NCBI GenBank assembly: GCA_040756375.1
Contig: JBFLZC010000018.1
Coordinates: forward strand, 43,836-107,835
Reading direction: 5' to 3'
DNA length: 64,000 nt
Source: Thermodesulfobacteriota bacterium
GTDB lineage: Bacteria > Desulfobacterota > Desulfomonilia > Desulfomonilales > Desulfomonilaceae
Shown: positions 18,928 to 29,249 of the stretch, in pieces
Position numbering within the stretch: position 1 is the first letter of the stretch
Layout: each line of letters begins with the position of its first letter
Notes under the pieces: model-generated
Seen by the model: only the letters and a program-made list of their open reading frames with translations
The model's database searches: none
Told to the model about the DNA's origin: nothing
Made by a program: the position numbers and the translations under genes

Positions 18928-20946
18928 TTGAAAGGCGGGAATATGGATTGCTTTAACTTCGTCCGAAAATCGTTTGTTGTGGTTGCCAGTCTAGGGCTTG
19001 CTATTTTAACGTCCCAGCTTTCCTTCGCGCAGTCTCCTGCTCCGGACGCCACCGATTTCACCCGGGATGCAAACGTCGCTGTGCGCAAGAATCCTGTGCT
19101 CAAATGGGAAGACAAGCAGGACGAGGAATTCGCGAGACGTGGCTTCATCGCCACTGATCAGGATCTGGTCCTGAAAGACGCACGGGGCAATGTTATCTGG
19201 AACAACAAGGAATATGACGCGTTTCTAAAAGGAGAGGCGCCTCTCACCGTCAACCCCAGCTTGTGGCGTCATGCGGTGGTCAACTCGATTCACGGGCTCT
19301 TCAAAGTCACTGACGGGGTGTACCAGGTTCGAGGCCAGTCCATCTCGAACATGACGATCATAGAAGGCAAGACAGGGTACATTGTTTTCGACCCGCACAT
19401 TAGCGTTGAGAACGCGAAGAACAATCTGGCTCTGGTATTCCGACACGTAGGCCAGAAGCCGGTTGTTGCAGTGGCGTACTCTCATTCCCATATCGATCAT
19501 TTTGGTGGAGTGAAAGGCGTAACGTCCGAAGAAGACGTGAAGAACGGGAAAACGCGCATCATCGCTCCCACGGGATTCATGAAAGCCGCGATGAGCGAAA
19601 ACGTGCTCGCGGGGAATGTGATGAGTCGGCGATCCATGTACATGTACGGCAACCTCCTGGAGAGAGGGCCGAAAGGCCAGATAGATGCCGGTGCAGGCAA
19701 AACAGCCGAAGGAGGCACTCCGGGCTTGATCCCGCCGACACATCTGATCGACGAACAAGGCGCGCGAATGGAAATCGACGGTGTTGAGCTCGTATTTCAA
19801 CTCGCGCCTGGTGAAGCCCCTGCAAATATGCACGTGTACCTTCCGCAGAAGAAGACGCTGTACATCGCGGACAACTGTTTTCACAGCCTTCACAACTTGT
19901 ACACCATTCGTGGTGCACAAACGCGGGATGCCCGACTCTGGGCCGATTCGATAGAGAAAGGGCTCCAATTCGAGGACGCTGAAACGTTGATCGCGGGCCA
20001 CAACTGGCCATGCTTCGGCAAGGACAACGTGCATGAGTACCTGAACAACCAGGTCGATATGCTCAGGTACGTGCACGACCAGACCCTGCGGCTCATGAAT
20101 AAGGGGTATAAGCCATCAGAAATCGCGGAACTAATCGAGTTGCCCCCAAACCTCGCGGATAAATGGTACGCGCGGAATTATTACGGGCATGTCAAACATG
20201 ACGTGCAAGGCATCTATAGCCTTTATCTGGGCTGGTACGACGGGAATCCCGCGCACCTTGATCCGCTGCCGCCTAGGGAAACCGGGAAACGTATGGTCGA
20301 ATATATGGGCGGAGCCGACGCAGTCATAAGCAAAGCTCAGAAGGCGTTTGACCAAGGCCAATATCGCTGGGTAGCCCAGGTGCTCGATTATGTCGTCTGG
20401 GCTGAACCCGCGAACAAGAAGGCTCGTGAACTTGCAGCTGCCGCGCTTACCCAACTTGGGTACCAAACCGAGAACGCCACCTGGCGCAATGCGTACCTCA
20501 CCGCGGCTTTCGAGCTACGAGAAGGCGTCCAAGCGGAAAAAGGCGCGGGTGTCGAAGGACGCCGTGCATTGATCATGGTAATACCGTACACCGACCTATT
20601 CGACGCTCTGTCCGTTAGGCTCAACGGACCGAAAGCTTTCGGCAAACAAAGCACAATCAACTGGGAATTCACCGATTCCGGGGAAAAGTACGTAATGACT
20701 TTGCGGAACGCAGTTCTCAGCTATAAGAAGGGATCCAGCCCAAAGGCAGACTTAACGCTTACGCTTGCCAGGCTTGGGCTCCTGAAGCTCCTTTCCGGTA
20801 TGGTACCCCTAGAGCTTCTGGAAACGACGGGGGAAGTCAAAGGCACTGGCGACAAAGAGAAGGTCAAGGAGTTGTTGGGACTCTTCGACCAACTCAGTCC
20901 CACTTTTCCCATCGTGACTCACGAACCGATCAGCCTCGCGAAGTAG
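18928..20946 (+). CDS. Alkyl/aryl-sulfatase of the SdsA1/BDS1 family (metallo-beta-lactamase fold, dimerisation and SCP2-like C-terminal domains), secreted.
   Basis: A signal peptide is present. The MBL motif is YSHSHIDHFGG. The C-terminal region is typical of alkylsulfatases. The start may be at 18943. Confidence 0.8.
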   Translation: MKGGNMDCFNFVRKSFVVVASLGLAILTSQLSFAQSPAPDATDFTRDANVAVRKNPVLKWEDKQDEEFARRGFIATDQDLVLKDARGNVIWNNKEYDAFLKGEAPLTVNPSLWRHAVVNSIHGLFKVTDGVYQVRGQSISNMTIIEGKTGYIVFDPHISVENAKNNLALVFRHVGQKPVVAVAYSHSHIDHFGGVKGVTSEEDVKNGKTRIIAPTGFMKAAMSENVLAGNVMSRRSMYMYGNLLERGPKGQIDAGAGKTAEGGTPGLIPPTHLIDEQGARMEIDGVELVFQLAPGEAPANMHVYLPQKKTLYIADNCFHSLHNLYTIRGAQTRDARLWADSIEKGLQFEDAETLIAGHNWPCFGKDNVHEYLNNQVDMLRYVHDQTLRLMNKGYKPSEIAELIELPPNLADKWYARNYYGHVKHDVQGIYSLYLGWYDGNPAHLDPLPPRETGKRMVEYMGGADAVISKAQKAFDQGQYRWVAQVLDYVVWAEPANKKARELAAAALTQLGYQTENATWRNAYLTAAFELREGVQAEKGAGVEGRRALIMVIPYTDLFDALSVRLNGPKAFGKQSTINWEFTDSGEKYVMTLRNAVLSYKKGSSPKADLTLTLARLGLLKLLSGMVPLELLETTGEVKGTGDKEKVKELLGLFDQLSPTFPIVTHEPISLAK

Positions 20947-21211
20947 AGTTACCACGTTGGTAGGAGAGTTCGCGGATCTTATCCCATGTGGTGCTTGCGA
21001 GATGAGCTTGCAGGCCGGCGCCCCCGAAGGAGGCGTTTCGTAATCGGAAAGCCCTCCTCTTCCGACGGTCGGTAATTACGCGGCGCAAACCCTCCTCTAC
21101 GAGGGCCTTCAGCGTGGTTCGTTCTTTGGTTGCCAGCTTTCGGGCTGAGGTGAGCAGGTCATCGGGTATCTGAATCGTGATTCTCATACGATTAACAATA
21201 TGTGTTTTCAA
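20930..21211 (-). CDS. VapB-like (DUF2191-type) antitoxin, orphan.
   Basis: The N-terminus MRITIQIPDDLLTSARKLA..RTTLKALVEEGLRRV is RHH/DUF2191-like. The C-terminus ..FGGAGLQ..WDKIRE is similar to mycobacterial VapB antitoxins. There is no VapC downstream, because the 3' end overlaps the sulfatase gene. Confidence 0.5.
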   Translation of the reverse strand: MKTHIVNRMRITIQIPDDLLTSARKLATKERTTLKALVEEGLRRVITDRRKRRAFRLRNASFGGAGLQAHLASTTWDKIRELSYQRGNSTSRG

Positions 21212-21277
21212 GCCAGGAGGTCAAGAACGCCGCAACGTTCTTCGCTTGTCCCAGGTTTCGCTAGCGTGCTGACTCGT

Positions 21278-23698
21278 TCAGTGGTGCTCCGTGTCGTTTA
21301 TACGGACCTTCAGTCGACCGGCGAGTTCGGGGAATGCCGTGGGGAGCCCTCTGCCATTGTTCTGCACAAGCTTCGCGATTCTAAAAAAAACAATCTGGGC
21401 TTCACCCAGTTGGACAGAGATCTCCAGATCACGGCAGAGGTCGAGAAATCGGAGCACGTGTTCCGGCGCGGCCCCGTGCCAGGGCGACTTGCCCAGTTTT
21501 GAGAGCAGGTCGATGATTCGAGCCCTGATCAGCTTTTCCGCGGACGCGGTGTCGAGGGAAATCCGCCAGGAGCGAGCCTCTTCCAGGATTTGCTGGAGCC
21601 CATCGGGAAACACGCCTTTCGCAAGCTTGGCCAGTTCGTGATGCAGACGCCGATTCAACGCGAATCGTGCGGCTGCGAGGAAGGTATCGGGGATCTCGAT
21701 TCCCGTCTCCATGATCAACGCGATGAATTCTTTGTTCTTTTCATAGAAGTCCTCAAAGAGCCCTGCCTGCTCTTCATACATCATGCGGGTGACCCTATGG
21801 ATAATGCGGGATCGCTCTTCGACGAAAAGATCGGGGAGCGCGAAATACGCCCCAGGGAAGTCAGCGTCCAACGTTCTGATCAGTTCGGTCGACGACTGCC
21901 GCTGGAAGGAGTGGACAAGGCCATCTTTCAGTGCTGGGTAATCGTCAACTCCTGCCAGGTCTTTTACCGAGCATCTCAGGTCCGCCCCTCCCAGATAGAG
22001 CAGGGTTGAAGCGAATGAACGGCTTTCCGTTGTGACGGTGTCCACAAGGGACATACGGCTGATCAGGAACAAGCGTTCGCCTGCCTTTTCCCTGGTCGAA
22101 TCCTGGATGTGAACACGGTAGCAGTATAAGTCGCTCTTTTCTCGGAGATCTTCGAACGCGGACAAGATCGTCGCATGCGCAGCGACCTTGGGCAGTTCAA
22201 CCTTTTGGGGCCAGACTTTCTGAGCAAAGATTTCGTCTCCGCTCAGGAACGGCCGTTGATTGCTCCGTGCGTTGGAAAGCTCGTTCAGAAAATCGTCCTT
22301 CAGGTTCGGATCGAAGGATTCAGCAAGTTGCAGGACACGGGCCGCGTACTTGAGGATTTGGAGGGTCTCGATGCCCAGGATGTCGTCAAAGAACCAGCCG
22401 CAACTTGTATAGATCATCATGCGGTTGCGCTGCAATTCCAGCAGCTTGAGTGCCGCGACCTTCTCGTCTTCTTCCAGCCGCCGGCTTTGATGGCGCTGGA
22501 GGAACCTGTTCACGTTCCTGCGCTTGTGGAGGAGCACGGAAACGTAGTCGTCACGGGCTTGCCATGGATCTTTGAAAAAATTCGGAGCCAATCGAGCGTA
22601 GATCGGGTCGACTCGATCGCGCAGCAGGTCCATAGCCCGTTTCAGTGAAACGCGCCATTTCTGGTTCCAGCCGGGTTTGTGGCCCACGTTGCATCCGCAG
22701 TCCTCACTCCACCTGCCCACGCCGTGGGCGCAGCTCCATGCCGAGTGCTCAAGGATCTCCACTTCGGCTGTGGGAGGGCACTTTTCGAGGTGTTCTCCAT
22801 AGTTGGTCAATTGCACGCCCGGCTCTTTGCTGAGCCGCGATATCGCAAAGGCCAGAGCCATCTCGCCGAATCGGTGATGGTGGCCGTACGATTCACCGTC
22901 TGTGGCGATATGGACAAGCTGGGTCCAGGCCCGAGTATCTGAAAAGGCCGTGAGCAAGCGGCTTTTGAACTCTTCGCCGCTATTGAGCAGGCGCTCGAAC
23001 GCAATCGCCTGGGAAATGGGACCGTCATAGAAGAACAGGACGATACTCCGGCCTTGCGACAAGTTGCAGATATAGGGCCTCGTGGGGTCAATTGCGGCTC
23101 CGTCCACGGTTACCCACGGGCCGCGAGCCGATTCCCGGAAGCGCCGGGCTTGCCGAGGTGCAAGTATGGTGAAGCGAATACCGTTTTGGACCAGAATTTC
23201 CAGGGTCTCACTATCGACCGCGGTTTCGGGGAGCCACATGCCTTCCGGGTCTCGTCCAAACCGATGCTCGAAGTCTCTGATTCCCCAAAGGATCTGCGTC
23301 GCCTTGTCCCTCGTGGACGCTAACGGGAGTATGGTGTGGTGAAAGGCCTGCGCGAGCGCATTGCCATGACCCGATCGAGCCTTGCAGCTGGTTGCATCCG
23401 CTTCGATTATGGCCTCATACGTTTCCGGGACATACCTTTCCAGCCAAGGGAGCAGCGTTGGGCCGAAGTCGAAGCTGATGTGTTCGTAATTGTTGACGAT
23501 ATCTACCAGCCAGTCTTGCGAATCGAATATCCTGGCGTGTGTATTCGGCGTGTAGCATTCTTCGGCGATCCGGTGGTTCCAGTCGTGCCAAGGATGAGCG
23601 GAATCCTGGACTTCGATCTCTTCCAGCCACGGGTTCTCTCGGGGCGGCTGATAGAAATGACCGTGTATGCAGATGTAGCGGAGAGACGGGGGTTGCAT
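21278..23698 (-). CDS. Glycoside hydrolase family 57 protein (alpha-amylase/glucanotransferase-like) with a C-terminal DUF3536-like extension.
   Basis: The N-terminus YICIHGHFYQPPRENPW is a GH57 signature. The protein is 806 aa. Confidence 0.8.
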   Translation of the reverse strand: MQPPSLRYICIHGHFYQPPRENPWLEEIEVQDSAHPWHDWNHRIAEECYTPNTHARIFDSQDWLVDIVNNYEHISFDFGPTLLPWLERYVPETYEAIIEADATSCKARSGHGNALAQAFHHTILPLASTRDKATQILWGIRDFEHRFGRDPEGMWLPETAVDSETLEILVQNGIRFTILAPRQARRFRESARGPWVTVDGAAIDPTRPYICNLSQGRSIVLFFYDGPISQAIAFERLLNSGEEFKSRLLTAFSDTRAWTQLVHIATDGESYGHHHRFGEMALAFAISRLSKEPGVQLTNYGEHLEKCPPTAEVEILEHSAWSCAHGVGRWSEDCGCNVGHKPGWNQKWRVSLKRAMDLLRDRVDPIYARLAPNFFKDPWQARDDYVSVLLHKRRNVNRFLQRHQSRRLEEDEKVAALKLLELQRNRMMIYTSCGWFFDDILGIETLQILKYAARVLQLAESFDPNLKDDFLNELSNARSNQRPFLSGDEIFAQKVWPQKVELPKVAAHATILSAFEDLREKSDLYCYRVHIQDSTREKAGERLFLISRMSLVDTVTTESRSFASTLLYLGGADLRCSVKDLAGVDDYPALKDGLVHSFQRQSSTELIRTLDADFPGAYFALPDLFVEERSRIIHRVTRMMYEEQAGLFEDFYEKNKEFIALIMETGIEIPDTFLAAARFALNRRLHHELAKLAKGVFPDGLQQILEEARSWRISLDTASAEKLIRARIIDLLSKLGKSPWHGAAPEHVLRFLDLCRDLEISVQLGEAQIVFFRIAKLVQNNGRGLPTAFPELAGRLKVRINDTEHH

Positions 23699-23938
23699 GA
23701 TTGACTCCTGCTGGCCCGGCCCGTTTGAGGACGCGGATCAACGATCTACGACGCTGTTCTTATCGGCACCTACGGTTGTTGTACATGCATGTCAACAGAA
23801 TGGCCGATTCCTGGGTAACACGAGACACCGACAAGATACGAGAATAGCCTTAACCGTAGCCAAGGAAAACCTTTTTCTGCCGCGAGCGCCTCCACAGCTC
23901 TGCTGCGACGGTCCGAAGTTGTCAAGCGCAGGGAAAGA

Positions 23939-23967
23939 TTGACAATCAGCGGCATTCATTCTAGTAT
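23939..23967 (+). promoter_or_regulatory. sigma70-like promoter (TTGACA-17-TAGTAT) upstream of the hydantoinase operon.
   Basis: Read directly from the sequence, 60 nt upstream of the ATG at 24026. Confidence 0.4.
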
Positions 23968-24025
23968 CAGAGGCTCTCCGGCCGCATCGATACACAGTTC
24001 TCGCCTTCACAATCAAGGGGTTGCC

Positions 24026-26131
24026 ATGAGATTCAAGATCGGCATCGACGTAGGCGGCACGTTCACTGACTTCCTCCTCACCCGCTCTGACGGCCAATCC
24101 CAGACCTACAAAGTGCTTTCAACCCCGAAAGACCCATCCATTGCCACCATGCAGGGCATCTCGGACATGGCCCGCGATGAAGGAATGACCTTGAAGGATT
24201 TTCTCCGGGCGGTGGACGTCATTGTGCATGGAACCACCGTCACTACCAATGCGGTCCTTACCTATCGCGGCGCAAAGACCGGGCTGATTACCACCCAGGG
24301 CGTAAGAGACGCTCTGGAAATGCGTCGAGGCATCCGAGAAGAGCAGTACAATAATCGGTACGCTAATGCAGTGCCGCTGGTGCCACGGTACCTGCGTCTG
24401 CCGGTAACAGGTCGACTCGACTATGCCGGGAAGGAAATCACCCCGCTGGATGAAGCGGAAGTGAGATCCAACGTGGAGCTGCTCAAGAAAGAAGGGGTCC
24501 AAGCCGTCGCAATATGCTTCATGAATTCCTTCGCGAACCGAGACCACGAAGATCGAGCTCTAAAGATCGTGCGAGAGCTCATGCCTGATGCATACCTGTC
24601 CGCGTCAGTGGATGTTCTGCCGTCCATACGGTTCTACGATCGGGTCTCCACCACGGTGCTCAATGCATACGTAGGACCTATCCTGAGACGATACCTGCAG
24701 AATCTCCTCAAGAAGCTAGATGAGGCCGGTTTTCCCAATGTGCTGCTTATCATGCAATCCAATGGGGGCGTGGTTTCTCCGCGGCTGGCAATGGAAAACG
24801 CGGCCACCACGCTGCTTTCCGGTCCCGCGGGAGGCCCTGTGGCGGGCATAGTGTACGCCGGGGTCCAGAGATATGACGACTCGATCACCATGGACATGGG
24901 CGGCACGTCCTTTGATTGCGCACTGATAAAGGACGCGCGGCCGTTCACCACCACGGTGGGTGAGATCAGCAGGCTCAGATTGGCGCTCCCGATGCTCAAT
25001 GTGGTGACCATCGGTGCGGGTGGAGGCTCCATTGGCTGGATAGACGAAGGCGGTCTGCTGAGAATGGGCCCACAAAGCGCTTCGTCCGATCCTGGGCCCG
25101 CATGTTACGGATTGGGCGGCGAAGAACCCACGTGCACGGACGCGGACTTGATCCTGGGTTACCTCGATCCGGATTACTTCGCTGGCGGCCGCATGAAACT
25201 CTACAAGGACAAGGCCGAGAAGGCCATTCTGGAAAAGATCGGCAAACCGCTCGGATACGACCTTCATGAGGCCGCGGCCGGCATGTACCGCGTGATCAAT
25301 GTGAATATGGCCGCTGCAGTGCGAGAAGTCGCGGTGCAGCACGGGCAGGATCCACGGGATTTTCCGCTGGTAGTGGCGGGAGGCGCAGGTCCCAACCACG
25401 CGTGCATGATTGCCCGTGAACTGGAAAATCCGGTGCTGATCGTTCCGCGGGAATCTTCCATCTTCTGCGCCGCGGGCATGCTCATGTCGGATCTCAAGCA
25501 CAATTTTGTCCGCACGTACCCAGTGCTGTTGAAGGACGCGGACAGAAAGACCTTTCAGCGTCTGTTCGAGGAAATGAAGAAGGAAGGAACCGACCTTCTC
25601 GACTCCGAAGGGATCGGAGAGTCCGAGATCGTGTATCGGTACTCGCTCGACCTCAGGTACGTGAAGCAGTACCACGAGGTCGAAGTTGAAGTTTCCGCAG
25701 AGGAGGTCGGGCTATTCAACGTGCTGGCAATGGCGGCCAAGTTCCATCCTGCGCACAACGCCCTGTACGGATACTCGCTGGAGGAAGAAGGCACGCCGGT
25801 AGAGCTCATCAACATGAGGGTTGTTTGCATCGGTCAGACGGAGAAGCCGGAGTTCCAGCAGCAGGATTTCGCGGGTGAAGATCCTTCCCGAGCATACAAA
25901 AAGGACCGTGAGGTGTACATGCCGCTCCAGAAGGAATTTCGCAAGGTGCCGGTCTTTGACGGCCTTGCGCTGAGGTTCGGCAATCGGATCGAGGGGCCTG
26001 CGATTATAGAACAGGTCAACACAACTACATTCGTGACCGGGGAATTCAATGTGCTCACGGACCGGTACGGCAGCTTCACCATGTATCTGAAAGATCGGGA
26101 GGATGAGGTAAAAAGGAGGATTCTCGCATGA
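24026..26131 (+). CDS. Hydantoinase/oxoprolinase family protein, A/beta subunit (HyuA-like; acetone/acetophenone carboxylase-related).
   Basis: The N-terminus MRFKIGIDVGGTFTDF is a hydantoinase_A signature. The ORF-track start at 23939 adds 29 aa without an RBS. Confidence 0.8.
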   Translation: MRFKIGIDVGGTFTDFLLTRSDGQSQTYKVLSTPKDPSIATMQGISDMARDEGMTLKDFLRAVDVIVHGTTVTTNAVLTYRGAKTGLITTQGVRDALEMRRGIREEQYNNRYANAVPLVPRYLRLPVTGRLDYAGKEITPLDEAEVRSNVELLKKEGVQAVAICFMNSFANRDHEDRALKIVRELMPDAYLSASVDVLPSIRFYDRVSTTVLNAYVGPILRRYLQNLLKKLDEAGFPNVLLIMQSNGGVVSPRLAMENAATTLLSGPAGGPVAGIVYAGVQRYDDSITMDMGGTSFDCALIKDARPFTTTVGEISRLRLALPMLNVVTIGAGGGSIGWIDEGGLLRMGPQSASSDPGPACYGLGGEEPTCTDADLILGYLDPDYFAGGRMKLYKDKAEKAILEKIGKPLGYDLHEAAAGMYRVINVNMAAAVREVAVQHGQDPRDFPLVVAGGAGPNHACMIARELENPVLIVPRESSIFCAAGMLMSDLKHNFVRTYPVLLKDADRKTFQRLFEEMKKEGTDLLDSEGIGESEIVYRYSLDLRYVKQYHEVEVEVSAEEVGLFNVLAMAAKFHPAHNALYGYSLEEEGTPVELINMRVVCIGQTEKPEFQQQDFAGEDPSRAYKKDREVYMPLQKEFRKVPVFDGLALRFGNRIEGPAIIEQVNTTTFVTGEFNVLTDRYGSFTMYLKDREDEVKRRILA

Positions 26132-27879
26132 GCGTCCAGATCGACAAGGTCCTGGTCTCGATTCTCCAGCGCCGCCTCAAATCGATCACCGAAGAAATGA
26201 GCATCGCGCTCACCATGACGACCCGATCGCCCATTCTCTGCGAAGCAAAAGACTTCGTGACCGGCCTGTACGACGCAAAAGGCAAGATGTTGGAACAAAC
26301 CGAGAATCTCCCTATCCTTTCGTTTTCCCTTGGACCGGTCTGCGAGTACATTGTCAAGTACTTCGGTGACGAGATCTATCCGGGCGACGTCATCTTCCAC
26401 AACGACGTTTTCTCCATGGGCAACCAAAACAACGATGTTGCCGCGTACAAACCGATATTTCACAAAGATAGCCTCGTGGGATGGGCCGCGTGCAAAGGCC
26501 ATCAGGCGGACATCGGTGGAGCGGTCCAGGGCGGGTATAATCCCAACGCGACAGAAGTGTGGCAGGAAGCGCTCCGCATACCTCCAGTCAAGGTCTACGA
26601 GAAAGGAAAGCTGCGCAAGGACGTGTGGGACCTTATCTTCGCCAATATCAGGCTGGATATTGTCGCGGAAGACATGAAGGCGGAAATCGGCTCCTGCGTG
26701 GTAGGGGAACGTGGCTTGCTTCGACTCGTCGAGCGATACGGGCTGGAGGCCTTTGAAGCTCACAAAGAGTATCTGTTCAACTCCACGGAAAAGATGATGC
26801 GTGCGGAGCTGCGTTCCATCCCGAACGGCGTGTATCACGGGGAATCCACCTGTTACTACGACGGGAAGAATCCGGGTTCCGAGTACACCATCAGGGTGAA
26901 GATCACCGTGGAAGACGAAGAGATCCGCTTTGACTACTCCGAGACGGACGCTCAGACCACCGGATTCGTCAACGGCACGTACACGTCCAGCGCGTCCGCG
27001 ACGGTTCTGACCTTCCTGCAAATGGTCAACCCGGATATTCCGCACAATGACGGGATGGTCAGACCGATCAAGATCATCATTCCTGTGGGGACCATTCTCA
27101 ATGCGGCCTATCCCGCGGCCACCACATACGGCAACCATCTGTGTCCGAATAATGCGGACGCAATTATGAGGGCTCTGGGCCCGGTGATTCCGGATCGGGT
27201 CACTGCGGAATGGAACGAGCTGCTCTGTTCGCTGACCACAGGAATCGATCCCCGGAAAAAGACGCCGTACGTGGACATCGGATTCATGGGGCTCAAAGGA
27301 GGCTCCGGCGCGATCAGGGGTTTTGACGGATACGATCACATTGGGATGATTGACGCCTCGGGCGGTGTTCTTGATCAGGACTACGAGATGTTCGAGCAGC
27401 AAACGCCCCATCTATTGCTCAAGCATGAATATTGGCAGGACTCCGCGGGTCCCGGACAGTGGCGAGGGGGGCTGGGGGTTGAAACCGAGTTTGTCATCGG
27501 ATCGGACAACACCAAGGTGGTCACGTTCGGCGACGGCGACGTGGAACCCGCACGCGGGGCCCACGGCGGAATGGACGGCACCCTGAACAAGATAGAACTC
27601 ACCTATCCTGACGGCAAATATTACCTCTGCACTACCAAAGATCTTATCGAAGGGGTCCGGAAGGGGACGGTCTACTTCCAACAAGCGGGTGGTGGCGGCG
27701 GATACGGGGATCCATTCGCGCGGCCGGCTGAAAAAGTTGCTCAAGAGGTGCGAAACGGGATCATCTCGTTGGAGACGGCACGCCGCGACTATGGTGTGGT
27801 GGTTGATCCGGAGACTTTACAGGTGATCAAGGACGAAACCAAGAAGATCAGGAGCGCGCGACCGGTAAAGGTACTCTGA
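26128..27879 (+). CDS. Hydantoinase B/oxoprolinase family protein (HyuB-like).
   Basis: Its 583 aa share hydantoinase_B-like conserved blocks. There is an ATGA overlap with hyuA. Confidence 0.8.
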   Translation: MSVQIDKVLVSILQRRLKSITEEMSIALTMTTRSPILCEAKDFVTGLYDAKGKMLEQTENLPILSFSLGPVCEYIVKYFGDEIYPGDVIFHNDVFSMGNQNNDVAAYKPIFHKDSLVGWAACKGHQADIGGAVQGGYNPNATEVWQEALRIPPVKVYEKGKLRKDVWDLIFANIRLDIVAEDMKAEIGSCVVGERGLLRLVERYGLEAFEAHKEYLFNSTEKMMRAELRSIPNGVYHGESTCYYDGKNPGSEYTIRVKITVEDEEIRFDYSETDAQTTGFVNGTYTSSASATVLTFLQMVNPDIPHNDGMVRPIKIIIPVGTILNAAYPAATTYGNHLCPNNADAIMRALGPVIPDRVTAEWNELLCSLTTGIDPRKKTPYVDIGFMGLKGGSGAIRGFDGYDHIGMIDASGGVLDQDYEMFEQQTPHLLLKHEYWQDSAGPGQWRGGLGVETEFVIGSDNTKVVTFGDGDVEPARGAHGGMDGTLNKIELTYPDGKYYLCTTKDLIEGVRKGTVYFQQAGGGGGYGDPFARPAEKVAQEVRNGIISLETARRDYGVVVDPETLQVIKDETKKIRSARPVKVL

Positions 27880-27917
27880 CAGCGGTCCGGGACGCTTTTG
27901 GAGAACTAGGCGATTTC

Positions 27918-29207
27918 ATGACAACCTTTATGCCGACATATCGCTCGTATGACGAGCTGGCTGACGTACAGCTCAAGGGTCTTCAGTGGACTGTGCGCCA
28001 CGCGTATGACGGCTCCCCGGCCTATCGGGCCAAACTGGACGAAGCAGGCGTCAAGCCCGACGACATCCGAAGCCTGGATGACTTGAAATCGCTCCCCTTC
28101 ACGACGGCCAAAGACCTTGCAGCAGGCTATCCATTCCCGCTTCTGAGCGTACCGATAAGCAGAGTAATCCGGCTCCACGCGTCTTCAGGAACCACCGGCA
28201 AGCGCAAGGTGCTGTGCTACACCCAAAAGGATGTCGATGACTGGACCCATTTTTTTGCCCGCTGCTACGAAATGGCTGAGCTCACTGCGGAGGACCGGGT
28301 CCAAATCTGCGTGGGATACGGTGTCTGGACCGCGGGCGCGGGTTTCCAGCTCGGGTGCGAACGCTTCGGTGCGCTCGCGGTCCCGGCAGGTCCAGGCAAT
28401 CTGGATATGCAGGTGGAGTTCCTCCAGGATTTCCAGAGCACGGTTATCTGTTGCACCGCGTCCATGGGGCTGCTCCTGGCCGAAGAGGTTCAGAAGCGAG
28501 GTATGAGAGACAAAATTGCCCTCAAGAAGATGATTTACGGGTCCGAACGGTCTTCTGACGCGATGAGGGCACGCATTCGGGAAGGCTTGGGCCTGGAGCA
28601 CATGTTCGACATCCCCGGCATGACCGAGCTGTACGGCCCCGGTACCGGCCTCGAATGTTCCGCTCATCAGGGGATGCACTATTGGGCCGATTATTACATC
28701 TTGGAAATACTCGATCCGGACACGCTGAAACCGGTCTCGGAAGGCCAGGTCGGGGAAATGGTGGTCACCACGCTCCGAAAAGAAGCCGTGCCCCTGATCC
28801 GCTATCGCACGCGGGACCTTTCGACTATTATACCAGGAGAATGCGGCTGTGGACGCCTCATTCCGCGACACGACAGGATCCTGGGTCGATCGGACGACAT
28901 GTTCATCTTCAGGGCGGTGAATATTTATCCCGGTCAGATAGACAGCGTGCTCAGCAACCTTCCCGGCATCGCAAGCGAGTACCAGGTGGTGCTCCAGCGC
29001 TCGTCGGACGGCAAAGATACCATGACGGTAAGAGTGGAAAGAAACGCGGGAGCGGACAGCAGCGCCGATGCCAGGCTCGCCGCAACGGTTCGAGAAGAGC
29101 TGAAAAAGAAGCTCCTTGTCACACCTGACATAGAAATAGTAGACTACTCGTCACTCCCCAGGAGTGAACGTAAGACCAAGCGTGTGTTTGATAATCGAGA
29201 GGCGTAG
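27918..29207 (+). CDS. Phenylacetate-CoA ligase family adenylate-forming enzyme (PaaK-like / F390 synthetase-like).
   Basis: The motif is HASSGTTGKRKV. The 429-aa length and overall pattern fit the PaaK family. Confidence 0.75.
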   Translation: MTTFMPTYRSYDELADVQLKGLQWTVRHAYDGSPAYRAKLDEAGVKPDDIRSLDDLKSLPFTTAKDLAAGYPFPLLSVPISRVIRLHASSGTTGKRKVLCYTQKDVDDWTHFFARCYEMAELTAEDRVQICVGYGVWTAGAGFQLGCERFGALAVPAGPGNLDMQVEFLQDFQSTVICCTASMGLLLAEEVQKRGMRDKIALKKMIYGSERSSDAMRARIREGLGLEHMFDIPGMTELYGPGTGLECSAHQGMHYWADYYILEILDPDTLKPVSEGQVGEMVVTTLRKEAVPLIRYRTRDLSTIIPGECGCGRLIPRHDRILGRSDDMFIFRAVNIYPGQIDSVLSNLPGIASEYQVVLQRSSDGKDTMTVRVERNAGADSSADARLAATVREELKKKLLVTPDIEIVDYSSLPRSERKTKRVFDNREA

Positions 29208-29249
29208 CCCCTCCGAGCTGCTCAAGATGTTCCACAGGGAAATTAGCGA

